A stretch of DNA of 64,000 nt from Planctomycetota bacterium (GTDB lineage: Bacteria; Planctomycetota; UBA1135; UBA2386). Each line of letters starts with the position of its first letter. The stretch's first letter is position 1. The notes below the pieces were generated by a model, which was given only the letters and a program-made list of their open reading frames with translations, searched no databases and was not told the origin of the DNA. The DNA is taken from NCBI GenBank assembly GCA_965223545.1, contig OZ245006.1, positions 4,032,001 to 4,096,000 on the forward strand, given 5' to 3'. The position numbers and the translations under genes are program-made. Shown in pieces: positions 34,693 to 44,267 of this stretch.

Positions 34693-37491
34693 GTGTTCTT
34701 CCACCCCGAGGGGTTGGAGGCCGCGCACGAGGTGATGCCCGAAGAGCTGCGGGCGGGCAGCGAGCAGGTCGCGTTCCAGATCCTGCTCCCCACCGAGGAG
34801 TCCGCGCTGCTGCCGATCTCGGTGTCGCAGGTGCGCGCCAACGAGGGGACCGCGGCGCGGATCGCGCCCGCGCTGTGGACCATGACCGGTGTGGGCGTGT
34901 CGCTGGACGTCGCGGTGCCGGCGCTGGCGGCGACGGAGCCCGAGGCCGAGATGCCGGGGCTGTGCTTCTTGGTCGCGGTCTCTCGCCTGGTGATGGCGAT
35001 GGTCGAACGCGGCGAGTTCGCACCGGCCGAGAGCAAGAGCGTGCTGCAGGTCGTGCCGGTGTGGTCCGAACCCTCGATCCGCGCGGTCGGGGTGATCGCG
35101 GAGATGGCGCCGGAGTCGACGCTCACGGCGCGCTTCGCCTCCGGCGACGACCCGGTCTACGCGGTGACGCCGCGCAACGAGACCGTCAGCATGGTCGGCC
35201 ATTTCCTGGATGCCGTCGCTGGGGCTCGGCAGCCGGCATGGGATCGGGCCGAGCGCCTGCCGCGGTCGTTTTGGCGGACCGCGCCAGGACCGGTCCTGGA
35301 AGTGATCCGCCCCGAGCGAGAGCTCGAGGAAGGCGCTCCCTGGGGTCTGCAGCTGTGGTTTCGGCCGGTGCCTGGCGGCCGCTTGCTGTTCAGCTTCGAA
35401 GAGCTCGAAGAACGCCACCACGCGCGCTTGTTTCCCGACTCGCTCACCGCCGAGGGGCTGGCGTTGATCGAGATCAAGATGGAAGACCTGGCCCGGCGCA
35501 TGCCCGCGCTGCGCCGCGCGCGCAACATGAGCGACGGGCGCGCGTCGCTCAACCGCCAGGAGCTCGATCAGATCCTCGACCACCTGCCGTTGCTCGAGGC
35601 CGAGGGCATCGAGGTCACCCTGCCGGGTCTCGAGGAAGTGCATCGCCTGGCGGCGCGCGTCAAGCTGACCGAGGTTTCCAGCGAGTCCGACCCGCGGCCG
35701 TGGTTCGAGTTCAACTGGCAGCTGGCGATCGGCGACCGCGTCCTCGACAGCAAGGAGTTCGACGCGCTGGTGTCGGCGCGCAGCCCGCTGGTCGAGCTGC
35801 GCCGCGGCACGGTGCTGCTGAGCCCCAAGGACAGAGAAGCGCTGGCCACGCTGAAGAAGCGCGCCAAGGACGAGGGGCGCAAGATCTCGTTCTTCGAGGC
35901 CCTGCGGCTCAAGCTGGGAGGTGCGACGCACCTGCACGGACTGGCGATCGAATCGTTGGAGAGCGCCCCCCGCCTCGACGAGCTGACCAAGTGCCTCGAG
36001 CAGGCCCGTTCGCTCGAGCCGCGCGAGCAACCAAAGGAGTTCGTCGGCGAGCTGCGGCCCTACCAGGCCCGCGGCCACGCGTGGCTCTACTACCTGCTCG
36101 ACCAGGGCTTCGGCGCATGCTTGGCCGACGACATGGGTCTCGGCAAGACCGTGCAGGCGATCGCCGTGATCCTGGACTGGCGCCGCGATCCGGAGCGCCG
36201 CGGCCCGATGCTGCTGGTGTGTCCGGTGTCGGTGCTCGGCAATTGGCGCCGCGAGCTGCACCGGTTCTCGCCGAGCCTGGCGGTGTCGATGCACCACGGC
36301 AAGGGACGCGCGCGCACCGAGGAGGACTTCGACCGGATCATCGCCGAGAACGACGTGATCCTGACCAGCTACAACCTGCTGCAGCGGGATCAGGAGCTGA
36401 TCGAGAAGATCTCGTTCGAAGGGGTGATTCTCGACGAGGCGCAGAACATCAAGAACCCGCGCACGCGACAGTCGAAGGCCGCGCGCCGCCTCAAGGGTCG
36501 GTTCCGCATGACGCTGACCGGCACCCCGCTGGAGAACCGTCCGCTCGACCTCTGGTCGATCATGGACTTCCTCAACGAGGGCCTGCTGGGGACGCGCACC
36601 AACTTCGTGCAGACCCTCGAGCACCCGATCGTCAAGCAGCGCAGCCGCAGCACGATGTCGACTCTGGCGCGTCTGGTCCGCCCGTTCGTGCTGCGCCGGT
36701 TGAAGACCGATCCGGAGATCATCCACGACCTCCCCGAGAAGTCGGAGCAAGTCGTGGTCGCGAGTCTGTCGCGCGAGCAGGCCGTCCTCTACGAGTCCGT
36801 GGTGCGCTCCGGCTTGGCCGAGGTCGAGCTCGCCGCCGAGGGCATCCAGCGGCGCGGCGCGATCCTCACCACTCTGTTGCGACTCAAGCAGGTGTGCAAC
36901 CACCCCGCCCACTACCAGATGGACGGCTCCACCCTGCCGGGGCGCTCGGGCAAGCTCGACCTGCTGACCGAGATGTTGGTCGAAGCGCTGGACGAGGGCG
37001 ACCGGTGCCTGGTGTTCACTCAGTTCAAGGAGATGGGCACGCTCTTGAAGACCCATATCGAGAGCGTGGTCGAGGGCAAGGTGCTCTTCCTGCACGGCAG
37101 CGTGCCGCAAAAGGACCGCGAGTCGATGGTCGCCGAGTTCCAGCAGGGCGCCGAGGACGGTCCGCGCGTGTTCGTGCTGTCGCTCAAGGCGGGCGGCACC
37201 GGCCTCAACCTGACCGAGGCCAATCGGGTGTTCCACTTCGATCGGTGGTGGAACCCGGCGGTGGAAGACCAGGCCACCGACCGCGCCTTCCGCATCGGCC
37301 AACGGCGCAACGTCTTCGTACACAAGTTCGTGTGCACCGGCACTCTCGAGGAGCGCATCCAGACGATGCTGGAACGCAAACGAGAGGTGGCGGACAATCT
37401 GCTCGGCGCCGGTGAGGGCTGGTTGACCGAGCTGTCGAACGAGGAGCTGCGCAAGCTCTTGGTGCTGGACAAGGCGGAGGCGTTGGCTTGA
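34693..37491 (+). CDS. SNF2-family helicase/ATPase
   Basis: LRPYQ, LADDMGLGKT, ILDEAQNIKN, LTGTPLEN, SGKL, SLKAGGTGLNL, WWNPAVEDQATDRAFRIGQ; start approximate. Confidence 0.93.
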   Translation: MFFHPEGLEAAHEVMPEELRAGSEQVAFQILLPTEESALLPISVSQVRANEGTAARIAPALWTMTGVGVSLDVAVPALAATEPEAEMPGLCFLVAVSRLVMAMVERGEFAPAESKSVLQVVPVWSEPSIRAVGVIAEMAPESTLTARFASGDDPVYAVTPRNETVSMVGHFLDAVAGARQPAWDRAERLPRSFWRTAPGPVLEVIRPERELEEGAPWGLQLWFRPVPGGRLLFSFEELEERHHARLFPDSLTAEGLALIEIKMEDLARRMPALRRARNMSDGRASLNRQELDQILDHLPLLEAEGIEVTLPGLEEVHRLAARVKLTEVSSESDPRPWFEFNWQLAIGDRVLDSKEFDALVSARSPLVELRRGTVLLSPKDREALATLKKRAKDEGRKISFFEALRLKLGGATHLHGLAIESLESAPRLDELTKCLEQARSLEPREQPKEFVGELRPYQARGHAWLYYLLDQGFGACLADDMGLGKTVQAIAVILDWRRDPERRGPMLLVCPVSVLGNWRRELHRFSPSLAVSMHHGKGRARTEEDFDRIIAENDVILTSYNLLQRDQELIEKISFEGVILDEAQNIKNPRTRQSKAARRLKGRFRMTLTGTPLENRPLDLWSIMDFLNEGLLGTRTNFVQTLEHPIVKQRSRSTMSTLARLVRPFVLRRLKTDPEIIHDLPEKSEQVVVASLSREQAVLYESVVRSGLAEVELAAEGIQRRGAILTTLLRLKQVCNHPAHYQMDGSTLPGRSGKLDLLTEMLVEALDEGDRCLVFTQFKEMGTLLKTHIESVVEGKVLFLHGSVPQKDRESMVAEFQQGAEDGPRVFVLSLKAGGTGLNLTEANRVFHFDRWWNPAVEDQATDRAFRIGQRRNVFVHKFVCTGTLEERIQTMLERKREVADNLLGAGEGWLTELSNEELRKLLVLDKAEALA

Positions 37492-38222
37492 GCGAAGGGC
37501 GCGGCATCACTTTGGGAGAACGCTGGCGCCGTGAGAGCAACCGCGGTGTCGACGCCGAACAGCTCGACAAAGTGCTGGCGATGCTGCCATCGATCCGCCA
37601 CCCGAAAGTGCGCGTGCGCCACGGCGCGATCCACGCCGAGATGGAGGGCTCGATGGGCTCCATCAACGAGGTGAGCATCCACGTCGCGACCCTCGGCTCG
37701 CGGACGTGGCCGCAGGTCGCCCGCGTCCTCAAGCGCTCGTCGAGCATGATCGAGGCGCTGGAGTCGGGCCGGGTGCCGCGTTCGTTGGATCGGCTGGTGG
37801 CGCGGATCTCGGGCGAGCCGCTGTTTCCCGAGTCGCGCCGGGTGACCTCGGCCTGCTCGTGCGGGGCCCCGGACATGCCCTGCCGGCACATTCTCGGGCT
37901 GCACGAGCTGTTCGCCCGAAGGCTCGACGATCGGCCCTGGGAGCTGCTGACGATCCGCGGCGTCGAGGTCACCGACCTGCTGGCGCGCGCCAAGAGCGCG
38001 GAGCCCGATCCGGACCTGCCGCCGCTCGCGTTCGGCGCCACCGAGGAGCCGGTTCTGTTCCCCGAGGGGGAAGAGGGCGATCTCGATTCGGTGCTCGCGC
38101 CGGCCCAGATCGCCAGCCTGCTCGGCGTCTCCCCCGCCAACGTCTACGACGCGGTCGCCGACGCCCTGCGTCGATACGTCGAAAGCCCGTCCGTCCCGCC
38201 CCCGACCCCCGACCCCAACTGA
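37488..38222 (+). CDS. SWIM zinc-finger protein
   Basis: PLFP...CSCGAPDMPCRH (CxC-x-CxH); start overlaps SNF2 stop. Confidence 0.85.
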   Translation: MSEGRGITLGERWRRESNRGVDAEQLDKVLAMLPSIRHPKVRVRHGAIHAEMEGSMGSINEVSIHVATLGSRTWPQVARVLKRSSSMIEALESGRVPRSLDRLVARISGEPLFPESRRVTSACSCGAPDMPCRHILGLHELFARRLDDRPWELLTIRGVEVTDLLARAKSAEPDPDLPPLAFGATEEPVLFPEGEEGDLDSVLAPAQIASLLGVSPANVYDAVADALRRYVESPSVPPPTPDPN

Positions 38223-38226
38223 TCAC

Positions 38227-39600
38227 GTGCTAGGACTACTCGCTGAAGGCATCGATCTGATCTCTTCGCCGTTCGCCATCGCGGCGCTCGTCCTGTTCGT
38301 CATCGCCTATGCGATGGTGGTCGCCGAGGACGTCATCAAGCTGCGCAAGTCCAAGCCGGTCATCTTGGCCGCTGGCGTGATTTGGGTGCTGGTCGCACTG
38401 GCATACGGTGAGTGGGGACGGTCGCCGGACTACGATCTCGCGACCTTGCGCGAGCACCTGCACGGCGCGCAGGTCAACGATCTCAATGAGGGGCTGCAGT
38501 ACATGGTGGGTCACCATGTGCGCGACTTCGCCCAGCTGTTCCTCTTCTTGATGGTGGCAATGACCTACATCAGCGCCATCGCCGAGCGGAACGTCTTCTT
38601 GAAGATCAACGCGTGGCTGGTGTCGGCTGGCTTCGGGCTGCGCACGGTGTTCTGGACCACGGGTGCGCTGTCGTTCGTGATCTCGCCGATCGCCGACAAC
38701 CTGACCACCGCGCTGCTGATGGGTGCCGTCGTCGTCACGGTGGGCCGCGGCAAACCGCGCTTCATCTCGGCTGCCTGCGTCAACGTCGTCGTCGCCGCCA
38801 ACGCCGGCGGCGCGTTCTCCCCGTTCGGCGACATCACCACTCTGATGGTGTGGGAGAAAGGCCACGTGTCGACGCTGCAGTTCTTGGAGCTGATCCCGGC
38901 GTCGGTGGTGAATTGGCTGGTGCCGGCCGCGTTCATGCACTTCGCCGTGCCGAAGGAACGGCCGGAGCCGGTCCAGCAGGACGCCGAGCTCAAGCCGGGT
39001 TGGTGGCTGGTGATCGTGCTGTTCTTGTGCACGATCGCGACCGCCGTCAGCTTCCACGCCATCCTGCACCTGCCGCCCTTCCTCGGCATGACGACCGGGC
39101 TGGCCTACTTCTTCATCTACGGGTATTTCCGCCTTATCGTCGAGAGGCGAAAGGCGGTGGCGGAGCCGGTCGACGTGTTCAAGAACGTCGCCGAAGTCGA
39201 GTGGGACACGCTGCTGTTCTTCTTCGGCGTGATCATGTGCGTCGGTGGGCTGACCGAGCTCGGCTATCTGTCGGTGGCCTCGGAGGCGATGTACGGCGAT
39301 CTCGGCGCCTTCTGGGCCAACGTGTCGGTCGGCGTGATCTCGGCGATCCTCGACAACGTGCCGGTGATGTTCGCGGTGCTGGCGATGGACCCCGCGATGA
39401 GCCTCAACGAGTGGCTGCTGGTGACCCTGACCGCCGGCGTCGGCGGCTCGTTGCTGGCGGTGGGCTCGGCGGCCGGCGTCGCGCTGATGGGCGCCGCGCA
39501 CGGCATCTACACGTTCACCAGCCACCTCAAGTGGACCCCGGTCATCGCGCTGGGCTACGCCGCGGCAATCGCCACCCACGTCTTCCTGTTCGGCACGTGA
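38227..39600 (+). CDS. nhaD: Na+/H+ antiporter NhaD
   Basis: KSKPVIL, SPIADNLTT, ANAGGAFSPFGDITT, DNVP, TAGVGGSLLAVGSAAGV. Confidence 0.92.
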   Translation: MLGLLAEGIDLISSPFAIAALVLFVIAYAMVVAEDVIKLRKSKPVILAAGVIWVLVALAYGEWGRSPDYDLATLREHLHGAQVNDLNEGLQYMVGHHVRDFAQLFLFLMVAMTYISAIAERNVFLKINAWLVSAGFGLRTVFWTTGALSFVISPIADNLTTALLMGAVVVTVGRGKPRFISAACVNVVVAANAGGAFSPFGDITTLMVWEKGHVSTLQFLELIPASVVNWLVPAAFMHFAVPKERPEPVQQDAELKPGWWLVIVLFLCTIATAVSFHAILHLPPFLGMTTGLAYFFIYGYFRLIVERRKAVAEPVDVFKNVAEVEWDTLLFFFGVIMCVGGLTELGYLSVASEAMYGDLGAFWANVSVGVISAILDNVPVMFAVLAMDPAMSLNEWLLVTLTAGVGGSLLAVGSAAGVALMGAAHGIYTFTSHLKWTPVIALGYAAAIATHVFLFGT

Positions 39601-39618
39601 GGCCGGCGCGGGGGTGTT

Positions 39619-40362
39619 CTACACCCCTAGCGACAGGCGGTCGGCGAGGACGTCGGGGAGACCGGCTCGCTTGATCTTCGCCTGCGTCGTCTGCAGGTCG
39701 TAGGCGATGCGCCGGATGGACAGGGTGCCGCGTTCGGTGTCGTACAGGGCGTAGGCTGCGCGCGGGTCCTCGTCGCGCGGCTGCCCCACGCTGCCGACGT
39801 TGGCCAGGATCTTGGTGGCGTTCTCGGTGGTCGTCGAGATCTCGCTGTCGTAGAGCACCTCGAGCTCGTTGGGCCGCATGTCGGGGCGCTCGATGTAGAT
39901 CGCCGGGACGTGAGAGTGGCCGACGAAGCTGACCAGCGTGCGCTGCTGGCGCAGCGACTCCTTGGCCTCCACTTGCGTCAGCACGTAGCCGAACTGCTCG
40001 GGCATGTGCAGCGTGCCATGCACCACGGTGTAGGTGTGGTGCTCGACCACCAGCGGCAGGGAGCGGAGATACTCGAGATCCTCGGTGCGGAGCTGCTGGC
40101 GCGTCCAGTCGATCGCGGCCCGGGCGTAGGCGTTGAAGTAGTCGGTGTCGAGCAGGTTGACCACGGCGGCGTCGTGGTTGCCCATACACACCGTGCACTT
40201 GAGCTCGCGCACCAAGTCCAAGCATTCGCGCGGATCGGGTCCGTAGCCGACGATGTCCCCCACCTGGACCCAGTGGTCGACGCCTTCGCTGCGCAGCGCG
40301 TCGATCACCGCCTCGAGTGCCTCGAGGTTGCTGTGAATGTCACCGAGGATTCCGATCCGCAT
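39619..40362 (-). CDS. Calcineurin-like metallophosphoesterase
   Basis: GDIHSN, GDIVGYGP, GNHD, VHG, GHSH, NVGSVGQPRD. Confidence 0.93.
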   Translation of the reverse strand: MRIGILGDIHSNLEALEAVIDALRSEGVDHWVQVGDIVGYGPDPRECLDLVRELKCTVCMGNHDAAVVNLLDTDYFNAYARAAIDWTRQQLRTEDLEYLRSLPLVVEHHTYTVVHGTLHMPEQFGYVLTQVEAKESLRQQRTLVSFVGHSHVPAIYIERPDMRPNELEVLYDSEISTTTENATKILANVGSVGQPRDEDPRAAYALYDTERGTLSIRRIAYDLQTTQAKIKRAGLPDVLADRLSLGV

Positions 40363-40366
40363 CGTT

Positions 40367-41035
40367 TCAGTCTCGAAGACTACGGAGCGCGAAGCCCCAA
40401 GCCAGGAGAAGCCCGCCGAGGGTGGCGAGCCCCGCGGCGGCGTATGCGTCGGTTTGGGGGAAGAATCCGTTCGGTTCAAGCCCGGAATGCAGCAGCGCGC
40501 GCAGCGGCAAGGGCAGATCGATGGCCGCGGACGCCGCGATCACCGCGATCCACGCGGTGGTGCCCGCCAGTGTGGGCAGGGCCAGTCGGTGGATGGCGGC
40601 GGCCACTGCGGTCAGCGGCATTGCCATCACGATGGGCGTGATGGTGTTGCCGGGGCCCGCGGGGGGCCCCTTCGAGCCAAAAATACTGTCCGCCGCAAAT
40701 GCGATGAGGCTCAGACCGGCTCCGATGGCCAGCGTGTAGCACACCGCGCCGAGCCACTGCCCCAGAACCGGCCCAAGCACCCCCTTGTGATGTCGCAGCC
40801 AGCGCTCTTGCTCCGAGTCTCGCGCGAGCGCCCAGACCGATGCGATGACCAACGCCGTGGCCAGCAGCACCGCCGTCACCGTCGGCCAGAAGAACGCCAC
40901 GCGCGACAGCCCGGACGGCTGTTGTGTCTTGGTCAGCACGATCCAGCCGCCGGCGAGCGGCACGATCCAGGCGGTCAGCGACCGGTGCAGAGACACCAGT
41001 TCGACCCGCAACGACAGCGACAAGCTGGACAACAC
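40367..41035 (-). CDS. Hypothetical membrane protein
   Basis: Several hydrophobic segments; ends 4 bp before the phosphoesterase start. Confidence 0.55.
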   Translation of the reverse strand: MLSSLSLSLRVELVSLHRSLTAWIVPLAGGWIVLTKTQQPSGLSRVAFFWPTVTAVLLATALVIASVWALARDSEQERWLRHHKGVLGPVLGQWLGAVCYTLAIGAGLSLIAFAADSIFGSKGPPAGPGNTITPIVMAMPLTAVAAAIHRLALPTLAGTTAWIAVIAASAAIDLPLPLRALLHSGLEPNGFFPQTDAYAAAGLATLGGLLLAWGFALRSLRD

Positions 41036-41181
41036 GACGCCCGGTCACCATAGCGACTGGGCCGCCGGATTTTGCTCACAGACCGGGCGATGTCATGGCA
41101 AGATGCTGCCCAGGAGCAGGCGACGGTGCGCTGAGGGCCGTTTGCTCCGAGGGCGAACGCGGTGGGCAACTCGAGGCAAGC

Positions 41182-41907
41182 ATGAGGTCGGTGGCGCTGG
41201 CCAACCAGAAGGGCGGCGTCGGCAAGACCACCACCGCGATCCACCTGGCGCACGGGCTGGCCTTGGCGGGCCAGCGGGTGGCGCTGCTGGACTTGGACCC
41301 GCAGGGCAATGCGTCGCTGGCGGTCGAACGCATGCACCACGATCCCGGCGAGGTCGTCGGCCCGTTCGAGCTGATGCGGCCGATCGCCGAGCGCTGTTGG
41401 ATCCTGCCGTCGCCCGGGGCCGAGCGCAATCTGGCGCACGATGAGACCCTCAACACGGACGCCCTCGTGGCGATGGTGGAGGCGCTGGCGCGCGACGTCG
41501 ACTGGCTGCTGGTGGACTGCCCCCCCCGCATGGATCAATGGGGTTGGGCCGGACTGCGCCTGTGCGAGCAAGTCCTGATCCCGGTCCAGGGCGAGTTCTT
41601 CGCCATGCAGGGGCTGTCGCACATGATGCAGACCCTAGAGGCAGCCCAGCGCGAGTTCCCCGGCAAGGCGCAGTTGCTCGGGGTGCTGGTGACTCTGCTG
41701 GACCTGGCGGAGCCCATCGCCCAGGACGTGCTCGGGGATCTGCGCGCCAACTTGGGGCCGCAGCTGATGCGCGCGGTGATCTACCGGGACGCCCAGTTGG
41801 TCGAGGCGGCCAGCCATGGCGTCACCCTTTTCGACTATCATCCGTTCTCAAAAGGCGCGTTGGCGTACGCAGACTTGGTCAGGGAGGTGTTGCATGGTGG
41901 AGCGTAG
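41182..41907 (+). CDS. parA: ParA/Soj family ATPase
   Basis: NQKGGVGKTTT deviant Walker A, DLDPQGNAS, DCPP, PVQGEFFA. Confidence 0.9.
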   Translation: MRSVALANQKGGVGKTTTAIHLAHGLALAGQRVALLDLDPQGNASLAVERMHHDPGEVVGPFELMRPIAERCWILPSPGAERNLAHDETLNTDALVAMVEALARDVDWLLVDCPPRMDQWGWAGLRLCEQVLIPVQGEFFAMQGLSHMMQTLEAAQREFPGKAQLLGVLVTLLDLAEPIAQDVLGDLRANLGPQLMRAVIYRDAQLVEAASHGVTLFDYHPFSKGALAYADLVREVLHGGA

Positions 41908-42772
41908 ATTGGGCCGCGGGCTCGACTTCTTTCTATCCGGATCCTCGGCCCCCAGCGGGAGCCGCGGCAAGGACGGCGTCGCGGAGATCGAGCTGTCCAA
42001 GCTGACCCCCAACCGCCACCAGCCGCGCCGCGAGTTCGACGAGGGCGAGCTCAAGGAGTTGGCCGCGAGCATCCGGGCGACCGGGATTCTGCAGCCGATT
42101 CTGGTGCGGGAGGGCAAGAGTGGTTTCGAGATCGTCGCGGGCGAGCGGCGCTGGCGCGCCGCCCAGATGGCCGGGCTGGAGCGGATTCCCGCGATCGTGC
42201 GGGAGGTCGGCGACGAGATGTTGGCCGTTTTCGGGTTGGTCGAGAACCTGCAGCGCAGCGACCTCAACCCGATCGAGAAGGCGCAGGCCTTCCGCAAGAT
42301 CCAGACGCTGACCAAGGGCTCCCAGGCCGACATCGCCCGTCAGGTTGGGCTGGAGCGGTCGAGCGTGGCCAATTTCATGCGGTTGCTGGAGCTGCCCGAG
42401 GACGTGCAGGCGCATGTTTCACGTGGAACACTCTCGATGGGGCACGCCCGGGCCTTGCTCGGGCTCAGCGGGGCGGACGAACGCTCGGCCATCGCCGAAG
42501 AAGTGGTGCGCCAGCGAATGTCCGTGCGCCAAGTCGAGGCGCTGGTGCAGGAGATGGCGGAGGCCGCCAAGCCCTCACAGAAGGGCAAGCGGAAGCCAAA
42601 GAAGGGCGAACGCCCGGTTTGGCTCAACGAGATCGAGGACAACCTCGTCGAGGCCTTGGGCACCCCGGTGACCGTGCGCTACGGAAACCGGCGCTCCACC
42701 ATCACCATCGAGTGCAAGGGCCGCGAGGAGTTCGAGCGGGTCTACGAACGGCTCAAAGACCTCGGCGATTGA
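41894..42772 (+). CDS. parB: ParB/Spo0J partitioning protein
   Basis: RRLGRGL, QPRREF, GILQPILVR, AGERRWRAA (CTP motif), ENLQRSDLNPIE, HTH. Confidence 0.95.
   Translation: MVERRLGRGLDFFLSGSSAPSGSRGKDGVAEIELSKLTPNRHQPRREFDEGELKELAASIRATGILQPILVREGKSGFEIVAGERRWRAAQMAGLERIPAIVREVGDEMLAVFGLVENLQRSDLNPIEKAQAFRKIQTLTKGSQADIARQVGLERSSVANFMRLLELPEDVQAHVSRGTLSMGHARALLGLSGADERSAIAEEVVRQRMSVRQVEALVQEMAEAAKPSQKGKRKPKKGERPVWLNEIEDNLVEALGTPVTVRYGNRRSTITIECKGREEFERVYERLKDLGD
42415..42430. promoter_or_regulatory. parS: parS centromere-like site within parB
   Basis: TGTTTCACGTGGAACA; its reverse complement TGTTCCACGTGAAACA matches the consensus TGTTNCACGTGAAACA. Confidence 0.9.
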
Positions 42773-42807
42773 GGAGCTTTGCCCCGGCCGCTTCGGCCGA
42801 GGGCTCC
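42773..42807. terminator. GC hairpin between convergent genes
   Basis: CCC-CGGCCG-CTT-CGGCCG-A-GGG stem directly after the parB stop. Confidence 0.4.
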
Positions 42808-42847
42808 GGGGGAAAGGGCCCCAGGGAGGGGCACACAGGCGGCGCTC

Positions 42848-44263
42848 TCAGCCGCCGTTCTTGTTCTGCTCGGGCTGGCCCTCGGAGGGCGCACCCTCGC
42901 CGCCACCCGTCTCCTCGCTCTTCGGCGCGCCCTGGTCGTCGTCCTCACCACCTTCTTCGACCCCGCCTTCCTCGACGGGGGCCGGCGGGGTGTCGCCGAT
43001 GATCTCGACTGCATCGACGCGGATCGTGCTCAACAGCTCGCCACGACCGGCGTTCTGCGCACTCTCGTCGATGAAGCTGGCCTCGCGACAGATGCGCTCG
43101 ACGGCGTCCATACCCTCGACCACGCGGCCGAAGATCACCCGATCCCCGTCGTGGCGGCCGGCGCAGTCGTTGGCGTTGATCCAGATGCGCTCACCCGACG
43201 ACTTGCCGTTGGGGTCCTTGGCCGCGGCGACCATGCCGGGGAAGTGGCTCAGCTCGTTGTCCTCGAACTCGAGCTGCACGCCGCTGTCCTTGGTGCGCTC
43301 GGCTTGCCAGGACGAGCGGTCGTCGCTCTTGGTCGCGGGCAGGCCGATGTGCATCGCCTCGACCCAACCGCCGAAGGCGTTGTTGCCCTTGCGCTCCACC
43401 ATGTCGATTGCGAGCCCGTCGTAGAAGCCGTCCCGGCAGCGCTGCAGGAACGACGCCACGTGTTCGGGCGCGGCGTCCTTGTAGAAGCGGATCTTGATCT
43501 TCTCGTCCGAGTTGAGCGACAGCACGACGGTGGGCTCGGCGTCGGGCTGAGGAGCTTCGAACAGCTGCGGGTTGGTGGACTCGAAGCCCTGCTGGGCGGC
43601 GATCTGGTTGCGCAGCCGCGACACCAGGCTGCCCGCCTCGGCCGGCTCCAGTTCGGGGGGTTCGCTGGAGCGCTGCGCGGGCTCTTCCTCTTCGGGCTCG
43701 TCCGTTTCGACCGCCGGCCGGTACTGGGGCGGGAACTCCGAGCTCGCACACAGGAAGTGGTTGGGGAACCGGCTCTCCAAGTCGGAGAGGTGCGCGAGTG
43801 CCGTGTCCCAGGCGCGGTCCCGCACGGCCCGCGCCGCCCGCAGCCACAGCACCAGCGGTTCGGCATCCGTCCCGGCAACGTCCTGCTGGAGCTGCGAGAG
43901 CTGTTCCGCACCGACCGTCTCCACATCGTCGCCGAGCCGACTCACCAACTCCGCCTGGGTGTTGGAGAGGTACATCCCCATCATGTTGAACGTCTGGAAC
44001 TGCTGCTGGGTCTGCATGCCCAGCAGGTGGTGCATGTCGCCGTTCGTGCTGTACCCCTGATCGAGGGCCGTGCCCTGCGCGACCTTGCCCCAGAGCTGGT
44101 TCTGCTTCTGTCGCTCCAAATACTCTAGACCGTATACACCGACGAAGGCGACGACCACCAGGCCGAGGACGACCAGGACGGCGCGCCGGTTCTTCTCCCA
44201 GAACAGCTCGATCGGGTTGGGAGTGTCGATTTGCCCTGAGACGGGCGGCTGCGTGGAGGACAT
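42848..44263 (-). CDS. Membrane-anchored YfgM/TPR-like protein with C-terminal cyclophilin-like domain
   Basis: FWEKNRR + TM + helical region; APEHVASF...GFYDG, HFPGMVAAA, VIFGRVVEGMDAVERI. Confidence 0.8.
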   Translation of the reverse strand: MSSTQPPVSGQIDTPNPIELFWEKNRRAVLVVLGLVVVAFVGVYGLEYLERQKQNQLWGKVAQGTALDQGYSTNGDMHHLLGMQTQQQFQTFNMMGMYLSNTQAELVSRLGDDVETVGAEQLSQLQQDVAGTDAEPLVLWLRAARAVRDRAWDTALAHLSDLESRFPNHFLCASSEFPPQYRPAVETDEPEEEEPAQRSSEPPELEPAEAGSLVSRLRNQIAAQQGFESTNPQLFEAPQPDAEPTVVLSLNSDEKIKIRFYKDAAPEHVASFLQRCRDGFYDGLAIDMVERKGNNAFGGWVEAMHIGLPATKSDDRSSWQAERTKDSGVQLEFEDNELSHFPGMVAAAKDPNGKSSGERIWINANDCAGRHDGDRVIFGRVVEGMDAVERICREASFIDESAQNAGRGELLSTIRVDAVEIIGDTPPAPVEEGGVEEGGEDDDQGAPKSEETGGGEGAPSEGQPEQNKNGG

Positions 44264-44267
44264 TGGC

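Noticed and set aside
41182..42772. Plasmid partition cassette
   Set aside because: Soj/Spo0J-type proteins, chromosomal-type parS, housekeeping neighbours and no rep gene
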